Assembly: GCA_004431415.1 (NCBI GenBank) | Contig: QPMI01000494.1 | Coordinates: 124,001-188,000 of the forward strand | Reading direction: 5' to 3' | Length of the DNA stretch: 64,000 nucleotides | Source: Cyanophora paradoxa CCMP329 | Lineage: Eukaryota > Plantae > Glaucophyta | In this document: one piece after another, positions 36,517 to 49,000 of the stretch | How positions within the stretch are numbered: position 1 is the stretch's first letter | How the letters are laid out: each line of letters opens with the position of its first letter | Program-made: the position numbers and the translations under genes | The notes under the pieces: generated by a model | Seen by the model: only the letters and a program-made list of their open reading frames with translations | What the model was told of the DNA's origin: nothing | Database searches by the model: none

Positions 36517-37014
36517 CTAATTCAAGTAGCCTTTGTCGTCTGCGAACAGGGGCTCGAGCTGCCTCGGTCGCAAGGAGGGGGCGGGGGCGCTGACGTTGGG
36601 GGCGGGCGGGGGCGGGGAGGAGGACGGCCCTGGGCCCGCCGGGCCCCCGAAGGCCGTCGCGGAGGTCGAGGGCGAGGGCGAGTGGGAGAGCGCCCGCCTC
36701 TGGGCGACGGTGTCGACTCGCTCGATCGCGGATTCGAATTCGCCGCCGTACGGCAGCTGCAGGCGCCGCTGGGCGAGGCTGTACGATGAGAGCGAGTCGT
36801 CTCCGCGGGCTCGAGCTCGAGGCGGGGTACCGGTGCTCGAGACGGGGCGGGGCGTCGGCTCCGCCACAGACGCCGCTGAGCGGACGCGGGGGAGAGAGCG
36901 GGACGGGGTACCGGCGCCGGCGCCGGCCGCCGAGTCGCGATCGTCGAGGGTGCTGTGCCTACGCGGCGACGCCGAATGCTCGGGCCGCGACGAATCCGTA
37001 CGCTCACGATCGCC

Positions 37015-37047
<33 letters not shown>

Positions 37048-40000
37048 GGCTGCGGCTGCGGCTGCGGCTGCGGCTGAGGCTGAGGCTGCGGCTGAGGCTG
37101 CGTGGGCGTTCGAGGCCGCTAGGAGGCGGAGGTCACTTAGGGTGCTGTTCCGCCTCATGACCGGGTCGGAGTCCGCTGCCGATCGCGCCGGCGCCGGCGC
37201 CAGCGACCGCGGACGGCTGCTCGAGGGTAACCCCAAGGCGGCGCCCCGCCCAAGCTCGTCCCGTCGATTCCGCTGGAGATGCCGATGGGGCTCGCCGCCA
37301 GCGTCGAGGTCCCTTTGCTGGGGCGTGGCAAAGGTCGTGATGTTCGTCATCGGGTTGATCGCCACGCCTCCGGCCCCGGCCCCGGCCGTCGAAGCCGACG
37401 GCGACGCCCCCGCGCTTAGGCTTAGGCTCAGGTGACTCTGCTCCCCGCGGTCGCGATCTCGATCGCGATCGTGGCGATCGAGAGCGCGAAGGGGCTCCGC
37501 CTCGCGTGCGACCTGGCGATCGCGGCAGTCGCAACCGTCAGTTCTAGATGGATACAATAAACATGATAGATGGGGCTGAATACATATTTAGGCTGGAATA
37601 TAACTAGCTAGCTAGATAAATCGGAGCTTCTTTGGGCGAAAACTTGAAGTTAGAGAAAGAAGTCTAAAGGTGGGCAGCCCTAGGACGGATCATCAAGTAA
37701 CGGCTGCATTTGGGCTATAGCTAGCTATGTATAGCAAGATAAATCGGAGCTTCTTTTTTTTGGGGGGGGGGGAAGGAGGAGGGGGGGGTAGTGGGGGGCA
37801 GACCTCGGTGGGCCCGAAGCGCCACAGGGCGCGGGCGACGGCCCGCCAGAGCCGCAGACGCCTCGCGCGGGCCGCGTCGGCGGCCGCCGCCTTTGCCTGC
37901 GCCGCCTCCAGCCGTTCGCGCGCCTCCTCCTCATCCTCGCCCGCTTCTTTGAGGGCCCGCTCCAGCCGGCGCAGCTCGGCCCGGCGCGCGGAGGAGTCGG
38001 CCAGGTTCCGGCAGAGCCCGCGGGCGGTCAGGCAAGCGTCCAGTGCCTCGTCGTCCGCGAGGCGCGCAGCGGCCGTCAGCGACGCGAACTTGTCCACTTC
38101 CTCCTCCTCTTTCTCCTTCTTCTTCGCATCGGCCTCGCCCTCTCCCTCTGCTTCGCTGGAAGAGGAGGACGGCGGCGCCGCGGGCGGGGGCGGCTTCGGC
38201 GGGTCCGGGCTCTCCCGCAGCTCCCGCACTGCCCCGGCTACGAGACGGAGGTCCCCGGCAAGCTGTCCGTAGGGCCCGGGGCCCGGGCCCGGGCGCCCCC
38301 CCCTGCGGTCCTGGTCCCGGTCCGGGTCCGCCGGGAGGAGCGCGCGGAGGCGCGTGGGGGCGTCCGGCGGGGCCGACGCCGGCGCCTGCGCGAGGGCGTC
38401 GCCCAGGGCCGCCAGCGCCGACTCGTACCGGGACCTGCGCGCGCGCGCTTAAGCTTCGGAAGCTTTTAGGCGGACCGGATCTCTCGCTACGAGCGATATC
38501 GATTTGGAATGTTTGAATTAGAGACATTATAATGCTTCGATGCATGTCATGCTTGAATTCGAAGCGGACCGGATCTCTCTTACTCCGAGCTACTTAACAT
38601 TGGAGTGAGAATTGAGGATAGGAATAATCGCCACAATCGATCCGAGCAGAGTGGAGCGGGGGCCCCGGCCAAACTTAAACCAAACCAAACTCGAGTGAGA
38701 CGCACTGGAAAGGGTAGCTGTTGACCAGGTCCTGCCCGAACGGGCGCCCCGCCTCACGGCCCTTGTGCTCCCGCGACAGCGTCCACCGCACGCTCGACCT
38801 CGCCACCCACCGCTCGAGATCGCTGCGAGGGGGCGCAGCGCAGCGCATGGCACACGCTGTCAGTCAGATTTCCGCAGATTTCCGCGACGCGATCGATGCA
38901 AATGCCACGCACGGGTCCGCCTCCAGGTCGACCGCGACCCGTACCTCCCGGCAGGGCTGAACGAGCGCGTCCGCGCGGCCCGTGACCCTGTCGAGCAGCG
39001 TCCGCGCCTTGGCCCGCACGGCCGCGACGCCCTCGACGACCGCCTGCTTCTGGCTGGCGAGCATGATGACGAGCTGGAGCTGGCCCAGGAGCGTGTCCGC
39101 GATGATGATGTAGCTCGTCGCAAGCGCCGTGTTGAACATGACAGCCCCTACAAATGTACCAAATATTTAGTTAGGCGGATGGGTCGCAACGGCAAGCGCG
39201 GACCGGTGTCCCAGCCCCACTCGAGCTCGGCCGCCAGCACGGCGAGGAACGCGACGCTCTCCTGGGCGAGCGTGGCGGCCTCCACGACCGCCACCCTGCA
39301 AACGCGCAAGCGAAGCCTCAGCCAAGCTCGTATAAGTAAAGAAAGGCACGCGCCAGCGGGAGACGAAGGGCACGCTGAAGAGCTGAGTGACGAGGGACGC
39401 CGCGTTGAGGCAGAGGAGGAGGCTGACTTGCGTGAGGGGCGTCACGAGCGACGGGGCGGCGCCCATCAGCGTGGAGGGGCCCGCGTCCTCTTCCTTGTCG
39501 TCGCCGCCGCCGCCGCCAACGACGGCGACGAGGCGACGACGCTTGCCTGGACATGGCGCGCGCGCGAGCGCGTAAGCTGAAGCTTAAGCTTAAGCTTAAG
39601 TGACTAATTTTGGGCAGCAAGGTAAACTAAAGCGAGGGTAATAGCAGAAGGCGATGCGAATGCTGATTATGGTCATGAGCCGCACGGCGCTTGCAAATTT
39701 TATTTGGGAGCACATGTGTTGACGTTTGGGTTATTTGAGATTCCTTACTACCCAAACGTAGCGGAACGAAAAGCAAAAAGGAAGGGGCTCGCCTGGCGTT
39801 CGCGTGGAGAGCATGGCGACGAGAAGGATGGCGATAAGGGAGCGAAGGAGCGACAGGATACCCGTCGCGAACGCCAGGCGCGCGTCTGCGCATTAAGTAA
39901 AACGAAGCGAAAAAGAAACGCATCGCATCCTACTAGGATAGCTTGTAGATTGCAGTGCAGAAGCTAAAAGGGAGATGTTGCGAGAGGTTATCAAGCGCAA

Positions 40001-43000
40001 GAAACTATCAGTTAACGTTGGAAGAAGCGTCGACCCATCAACGTCGGAAGTGAAGCCGAGAAACCGTCAAACGAAAAGAAACGTTATTCCATGGAGGGCC
40101 GGGCCATGATTGAAGGCCGCAGTTAAAGAAAACAGCGATAAACAGATAGATAGATACTGGCCGACGAAGTCATATAGATAGATAAACAGATAGATAGATA
40201 GAAGGCCGCAGTTAGCGAAGTCAGCAATAATGAAGGGCCGGGCCATGCATATATGATTGAAGGCCGCAGTTAAAGACACCAGCGATAAACAGATAGATAG
40301 CTCGATACTGGCCGACGAAGTCATATAGATAGATAAACAGAAAGATTGATAGAAGCTTAAGGCCGCATTTAGCGAAGTCAGCAATAATCAAATGCTGACC
40401 GACGAAGTCGTCGTATAGGAGTTCGAAGCCGGCGGACCACGCGCCCGAGCGCGAGTCGGGCCGCTCGCTCTTCGGGCGCCACTCCCCGCGGAGGATCAGC
40501 CGGTCCAGCTGCATTGAGGCTTGTTAATATAGTTACGAGTTACTAGTTAAGCGATGTGAGGTTACTAGTTAAGCGATGTGAGTGTTTGATGCTAATATAA
40601 TTACTCGTTAGGCTGAGGCTTGTTAAGATAGTACTAGTTAAGCTGCATTCATATCAATATTGAGGCTTGTTTGTGCACTTAAGCGACGTGAACGTGTGGT
40701 GTTTAGGGACAAATGAAATGTAGAGAGCTTTGTTTGTTTGTTAATGTGCGCCTTCAAATCCAATGTTTGCACGCACGTTCTCGCCGAGCTTCTCGAGGCC
40801 GCCAAAGACGTACGCGTTGAGAAAACGCCCCACGCCGCGAAGCAGCCGCCGCGGCCAGCTGACGCGTTCCTCTTGCATGCGAAGCTCTTCTCGCCCGTCG
40901 GCGCCCATCTCGGAAAAGTCCGCGTCTGTTTCTTCCAGGAGGTCGAACTCGTGGGGCTGCCCTCGCTCTTCGTGCCGCAGAATGACCGCGACGTGTTGCC
41001 CGCGCCCGGGTAACGCCCCGTCCGCAGCGGAGGCCGCTGCTCGCACGTGGACATTCGAAACCCACCGGTGCCGTCCCCCTCGCGCCCGCGGCTTGCGCTT
41101 CTGCGACTGTGCCCGCATCTTCGCCTGCGCCTCGGTTCGTTCGCGGTGCCGCTCCCGCATTCTCGCCCAGAAATCCTTCACAGACGATCCTCCAGTCAGC
41201 ACCTGGTGAATAGATTAATTTCAGACAATAGAGCTTAAGGTGAAGTAAACGATTTCGCGCACATGGAGAAAGCTGCCGAAGGAGTGGTACTTGACAAACT
41301 CCAAACGGCGCACCCCCCTCACAAGAAGGACGAGGAAGAGGACGGGGATGAACACGTGCACGACGCAGACGAAGATGAAGAGGGCGAACTGGGAGCCGTT
41401 GTCGGAGGCGAGCGGGACGTAACCGGCAGCCGCGAACGCGATGGGCTGGAACGTGAGGAGGTACATCGTGAGCTGAAAGTTCGGGAGAGCGAGCTTCCCG
41501 GAAAGCCGCCGGGTTTTCTTCTTGATCAGCACGAGGAAAATGTACGCGGCGAACTGGACGAGCGTGAGGCCGGCGATGGGCAGCGCCGCCCAGAAGATGG
41601 CGTTGAGCAGCGCCGTGCGGGCCTCGTCCTCTCGCTCCGGGAGGTCGGGGGCGGCGTCCTCGAGCACGGCCTCGAGGGTAACCTCCTCCACCGCCGCCGC
41701 CGCCGCCGCGTCGTCCTGCAGAAGCCGCCGGGCCAGCGTAGAGTTCGAATTTCCGACATTGGGCTCCGACGTCGGCTGAGCCGCCGCTGCCGCTGCCGCC
41801 GCCGCCGCCGCCGCCGCCTTGCTGGCCTTGGATTGGAAGGGCGAGAACGAGAACTGGAGCATGAAGGGGCCCATGGCGCTCGCGTAGGCCCGGTACGACG
41901 CGGGCAGGAATGGGCTGGAGAGCCCGGCGACGATCGCCTGTCTCTGGATGTTGGTCGCCATGCTCTGCGCGATCAGCGGCGTCAGCCACAATGGGAGTTT
42001 TCGGGTCGACAAACGCTGCACAAGCGATGACGAAGTCATTGAGGAGCCAGTCTTCAAAGAGCTTCCAGCCATTTGCATGAGAGCCTTGACGGCACTGAGG
42101 CTCGCCGAGACGGCTGCGACCGCACCAGCGGCTTTCACGACCTGGAGCCGCGCGCAATATTCAATAAGGATTTCGCCAATAAAGCCAAGAAGATGTGTTG
42201 GAAAATAGATAGCGCACCCCTTCGCCGGCACTGCGGGCAGTCTCGAGATCGATCGAATCCCGCGCAGAAGTGCCGAGAACTGCGCATGCATAAATCCAAT
42301 TGCAAGGCGAACTGCATACAAGGCTTTCATTCGGCTGCAGCTTTGGTTCACCTGTTATCTCGTAAATCGCCGTGGCGGAACGCGGCGCCAAGACGCCTCC
42401 GATGCCGTTATCGGCGACCGTGAGCCGGAAGGACCAGCGTCCAGCTGCCAGACCGGAAATCTGTCGAGAACGTTAGCGCACAAGTCGCTCATTGTACAAC
42501 GAATTCGAAAGAAGCGCTAAAGATTGCGAACCAGGACGTCCGCCGAGCCCTTTGATGTACCCACCGCCTTCACTTTCGCGGTTCCGGGCCCCGACACTTG
42601 TACCCACTCCGCTTTCTCGATCCGCCCTGCTCTCGAACGGTAATTATAAGCGCGCAAAACCCGACGACGCCGAAGGGTACGCGAAAGAGAAACGGGGCGC
42701 GCCGTCCTCGTCCTGGTCCCTGACAGTGGGTTTGAGGACGACTATCGCCTTCTCGTCGGCGGACGGGAGCTGCAGCTCGAACTTGCGCTTCCCGGAAATG
42801 ACCTGGTTTCACATGAAGCGCAGTTTCATAATTATACTAATTATACTACATGAATAGCATGGCGTCCTTAATGAAGCATGTGTAGCTTAATGGACGTAGC
42901 TTTAAATTAGGACGTAGCTAAATCGTCTGGCGGACGTCCCTAATGAAGCACAGCTTAATGGACATAACTTAAACTTGCATTAGGACGTAGCTTTGATTTA

Positions 43001-46000
43001 GGGCGTAGCTTAATAAAATAAGGCATCTGACCGAAGGCAGGTTCTGGCGGACGTCCTTAATTATAATGAAGCATATATAGCTTAATGGAGCTTTATAGCT
43101 TTGTAGTAGGGCTGACCGCTTTTGCTTTATAGCTTTATATAAGGACTGACCGGAGGGAGGTTCTGGCGGACGTCGATGTAGAGGGTGATGAGGACGGGGG
43201 AGGACCCCAGGGAGAGTTCTCGGTCCATCACGTTCATCTCGATCTGTTCGAAATCGGAGTCGGACAGGAATTGGAGGACGTGTGCGCGGAACAGTCAACG
43301 TTTGCAGTTGGCCGGACTCAGGTCCGAGTTGGAATATTAATTGAAGTTGTTGAAGAAAGAGGGCAGATTCCGGATCCGCGGACCTGGCAGATGCCCGATA
43401 CCGTGGTGCTGACGTTCAGGTAGCCCGGCCGGGATGTATCGAGGTGCTTCCTGTTCAGTACAATGTCAGCGGAGAGCGCGCGCAGCAGCAGAATAAATGC
43501 AACAATTGCAGGTAGGTCTATATAATTGGCGCACTGTGTGAGACCGCACAATGGGTCTTGTATGAGCGTCCACCTAGTCGAGCGAGAGGGACAATTATCA
43601 GAACAACTGAAATCAAACGCGAATCTGCAATTTTATTCCATTCAGGCACACGCACGTAAAGTCTACGACGCGTCCGTCCACATCCTGGCTCAAGTGACCG
43701 TCGAGTACTGCGCGATCGGAACCCGTCACGTTCCGCCAACCTTATAACCGAGAACAAATGAATTGTAAAGTTACCGGTCCAGTACGTCGACCCGTTCACA
43801 GCGACCTCGGTAGATCCGTCGAGAACGGGAAGAGGCGGGACGTTCTGCATGCGCCGGAGGATGACGTGGTCGATCTGGGCGACGCCGGAGGCTGGCACGC
43901 CCAGCGCCGAGGCGACGCCCGACGGCTGGAACGAGGCGGCTACTAGGGGAAAAGAGTCCGCTTGCGCCAGGTTGTTCGCGGAAATGTTCACTGCGCGCGG
44001 GTCGCTCAGTGCACGTGCGAGCGGAACGCAGCGCTCTCCGTCTGCGCATGGTGCGCACCGTTGAGGATAACGGATCCTGGCTTAGGTAGCATGGCGCTGA
44101 CGCGGCTGCACGGCAAAGCATGAACACAAACGACGCGGGTTCGAGCAAAACGCTTTTACGGACTTGACTTCGACGCCGAAAGAGTTGGCCACGCCGCGCC
44201 GGACCTCTTCCTTGAACGTAACGTTCGCGAAGCGCCGGAGAAACGCGGTGTAGTCTTCGTTCACGCGGACAGAGCTGACGAGAACTGCGCCGGAGTTGCG
44301 CTCAGCTGCTCCGATCTTTCCGTTGCGAACTTCCCACAGCACACAACTGAAACCCCTACCAGGGAGCAGTTCGAAGTCGATGTCGAATTGAGATACAAAT
44401 GGCTCGTTCGAGTCCACGTCTCTCACCACGACCTGGACCGTCCACCTGGAAAAGAAAAGAGTCAAACCGGAGCTGTTTGGAAGGCTTGCGAGGCACGAGG
44501 TCTTGCGAGACACGCGCCTCCCGGTTTCCGTCACGTTCGAGATCGACACTGTCGCGTTCGTCGCGTTGCTCAAGGCCGCCCCGACCGGCGCATACAGGAG
44601 CGTCCACTCGTACGCAAGGCCTTGACCTGGCTGGGGGCGCCCAGAAAGAACTTCGAGGTCCGGATCTGCGTCGAAGAATGAGCACCGGGCACGTGCACGC
44701 AGAGCGGTTTTCTTCGCGTCGATAAAGACGCAAGTCGCACCGTAGCTCTGCTCAGCGCTGAGCAGCAGTTGCTGGACCGGCAGTGCGACGCGAGTCGCGT
44801 TCGGGCTGGATGTGTTGACCTCCTTGCCGTCGACCGTGACGACGATGCGGGCGTGCTGGTTGTACCTGTCGTACGAAATCGATATCGATTGAGGGTCAGA
44901 CGGCGTGTGAGCCGGACACGGCGAATATTCCGAAGCGTTAACAAGGCAAGGCGATCAAACGGACCTAAACGCGGCCTGCCAGGTCCCTGCTGGCCTGCCC
45001 GAGAGCAGCAGCGTAGCGTCGCACCAGACCAAGGACCCCGCCGGGACGGAGGCCGGGGCCGGCGGGGTCACGAATACGACCTCTGTCGACGTCCTGCGAA
45101 GCCCAGTCAGTTTTACAAAGACGGCGCGAACTGAAAACATGACGAAATCAAATCTAATGCGTCTCACAGCTCGAGAACGTTGACGATGGTTGTGGCATCG
45201 CAGAAGGAAACCGTCGCTCGTTCTGGCAGCGAGGGGGCACGATTGATACACACGCAAGGGCAAGGCATGTGCACACTACACCGTCTCACCTCCATTGTCC
45301 GACGGCAGTGCATCGGCCGTGAGCGTCACTTTCGTTCCGCCAGACCGAGGACCAACACTCGGGGAGGCGCGACCAACTTCGGTGTTTGTGACCTGAGAGT
45401 AGCAGTTTCGTATAATCAGCAAACGCATTTATGCGAGCGAACACACGCACGTAGAGGCCCGTTGTGGCAGCGTCAGGGAACACAGATTCCGTTTCGTTTG
45501 CACCCAGCGCTGGTTTTGTGGCGTACACGGCAAGAGAGTAACCGCCCGACGCCAGCCCGGGGGCCGTGTGCGACAGAACAAACTCCTTCGCTACGGTTGG
45601 CGTTTCCCCTGCGATCCACTGCGCTTCCCCTCCGGACATCCCGCGAATGACCGGGAAAAGATGCGCAGAGGGCGCGAAAATGGGCATGCTCCAGTAAGCC
45701 GGCCGGAACGTGCAGTTTGTGACCTCGTTGCCTATCAGCCTTGACGAGTTGCATGTCAGCTGCGACGACTCATCTTGCGGCACATCTGAGGGCGAGAAAA
45801 GATTAGTTCGTATCAGAGTAGATTAGATTATATTACTGGATCGAATATGTATTGCGAAGCATGCAACGCGCGCAATGCAGCGCTCGCACCGATGACAAAG
45901 ATCGATCCAGCCGCGAGAATGTTCGAAATGTTTGCAGCGGGGCTTACGAAAACCTCTCCCGGACCCGTATCTGCAACCCAGATTATTCAAGTTCACATAT

Positions 46001-49000
46001 ACAGCGAAAAGCAACAGCAGAATCCATCCATACGTACATTCAAAGAATGGCGTGCTGCTCGTGAGCACGGTCGCAACCGCGGTGTCGGCTACACCCTTTT
46101 CGAAGCGGGCCTCGATAGCTGAGCCTCGCGTCCACAGGGTCAGGTCATCCAGCAGAACCGTGACTGGAGCCGATTGCTGAGCGTGCACAAACGAGCTCAG
46201 TGTTAGAGAAGAGCTCGGGATGCGGATGCGTCAGCAGAAAAGAAAAGGATGACGGGTGACCTTCCGCGCGATGAATGTGCAGTTGGCAACATCGCCCGCC
46301 CATACGTGAGACCGCGTGCAGTTCTGTTATAGACGTCGATAACGATTGTCAGCGCCAGCGAAGCATGCGCAGTGGATATCGACAAATAAAGAGAGCGAAT
46401 TCACCAACAAGCTCGTAGCGTCTGCCGAGCTGTATACCAGTCCGGAAGTGCTGATCACAGTAAAGCCATTCGCCGAAACCAGAGCACTAGAAGGTCCGGT
46501 CAGGTTGCTTCCCGTCAATGAGAATGTCATGCTGAGCGCTGGTCCGGAGAAAGGAGATTTCGAGCCCGGGACGTAAGCGAATCCGCCTTCTCCAGATACG
46601 CTCAGTTGGGATGCGTCCGCCCAGACAGGAACGCCATTACGCCTTGGAAGGAGTGTGCAATCCATCAAATCATCCAACTGCAGGGATCCGTAGGGCATAA
46701 AAGAGCACTCTATAGAGCTTGTGGAGTCTGGAATGTAGACAATGGACACGGGCAAGGTTCCAACCGGTGAAGCGAAAAGCGAGTTTTGCGCGTCTGGAGT
46801 CAAGATCGAGGCAGATACGTTCACACCACCCAGAACGCCCGGAGCCGGTGACGCCCACGCCGTTATTGACAGTGAGAAAACGTTGGCCGCCGTGCCCGCC
46901 GCCTCCGCTACGATAGCATCTGCACGGGTCGCGTTTGCTGCAATGCTATCCGCCAGTGCGTAGATAATGTAGCCCGCCCTCCGCGGCGTCAACGTGCAGT
47001 TGAAGGGCACCTCCGCCAGCATCGGAACCGTTGGGCAGTCGAGTACCGAGTTGTCCGCGGCGGGGATGTCTGCGGACGGAGAGATGTCACCGAGGTCAGT
47101 TTTTTTATGATCGACGGATGTTAGAGGAAATTATAACACATGCTTATCACTTGAATTTAACCGGATCGGGATCGCAACAAGTCAACCAACGCAACGCACC
47201 AACCACCGTGACCTGAGTGCTTGCGAGCGGCTCACCGCCAGTCGCTGACAGCTGCAGGCTGCCAGGGCCTGTGTAATCGAGAGACGGGACAGCAGTGCTT
47301 CCGATAGTGAACGTCCCGATTGGGGCGTGGCCGCTCATCGGGATGAAGCTCTTGATGCTTCCGCCAATCGACAGGCTCACGTCGTCCAATCTCGCCCAGA
47401 TTACCGTTCCGCCCTGTATCCGCCAAATTAACACAAACCGCTGATATTCATGACGTAAAGCGCAAGTTGGCCGTACCATGCGAGGTACAAAAGTGCAGTT
47501 TGCAAACGCGCCAGCCCAGGTGATCGGCGGACAGGTCTGCGTGACACGTGTTACGGCTCAGACCGCCATCGAGCGCTCAATTTTACGTGGTTTATCGGCG
47601 GACGCCCGTATGCACATGCCAGGTGGCGCGCACCACCGACGACGTGTTGTCAGGACGCCCAATTACTAACACAGAAGCAAACACGATGGCCGTGCCGCGC
47701 GCCAGCACGGCGGATTTCGACGGGCCTGTCAGCAAGCTTCCCGGTGCACCTTCGACATCGAAAGAGAAGCCCATATGCATTGAAGCGACGTCCGAAGGCG
47801 ATATCGTCCCGTTCACATACTGCAGGGCCCCTTCCCCGACACAACTTATCGTCGAAGGAAGCGCCCACACGATTTCGCCTTCGCGACGAGGCGTGAAAAT
47901 GCACGAGGTCGTGGCTCCGAGCTCCAGGAGCTGATCCGAGCACGCGATGTTGCTTGTGCTGTCCGGAGTGTATGCGATGGAGACGGCAGCCCGAGCGATT
48001 CGAGTAGCGGATCCCGACGCGCCTGCTTCGATTCATTTGTGAGCTGGTTATGAGACTTGATTGCGTCGCTGGCATTCCAGATCCGGTTCGGGCCCTGGAC
48101 GCACCCGCCGCTCTAAGAAACGCGAAGACCGTCATCGCACTCTTGCCGCCAGGAATAGGTGAGGCCCACGCCGTCACTGTTAGTGCGAAAGCATTGGCAG
48201 CCGTGCCTGCTGCCTCCGCAATAAACACATCCCCACGTGTTGCGTTCGCCGTGATGTTGTCCGCCAGCGCGTAGATGACGTAGCCCGCTCTCCGCGGCGT
48301 TAACGTGCAGTTGAAGGGCACCTCCGCCAGCATCGGAACCGTTGGGCAGTCGAGCACCGAGTTGTCCGCGGCGGGGAGGTCTGCGGATGCGACGACGGCG
48401 CTCAGAGAAAGCTAGAGCTTGTTCGCTCGGATTGGCAAGTGCTCATATTTAAGAAATCAATTGACGAACCGACCACCGTCACTTGGATGCTCGCGAGCAA
48501 TGTACCCTCAGCGGCAGCCTTCAGCTGCAGGGTGCCTAGGCCAGCGTAATCCAGAGACGGAACAGACGTGCTGCCAACGGTGAGCGTCCCGACGGTTGCG
48601 TGACCGCTCATTTTGACTGAGCTCTTGAAGCTCCCGGAGACATAGAGGCTCACGTCGTCCAGTTTCGCCCATATTACTGCTCCCCCCTGCACACGTAAGA
48701 TTATTCGCGCCGCCGCTGAAGCGAAATGAAAGTCGACGTCCGCCATACCATGCGAGGCACGTAAGTGCAATTTGCCGAATCGCCCGCCCAAATGATCGGT
48801 GGACAGCTCTGCGCACGCGTAGGGTCTCAGCCCACCACCGAGCGCCCGATCACATGGCGATATTGCGCAGCTGCGGGATGATACTACATAGTGCAGATGC
48901 ATAACACAGCGCACCACCGACGACGTGTTGTCAGGACGTCCGAAGACTAGCACGGAAGCGAACACGATGGCCGTGCCGCGAGCCAGGACGACGGACTTCG

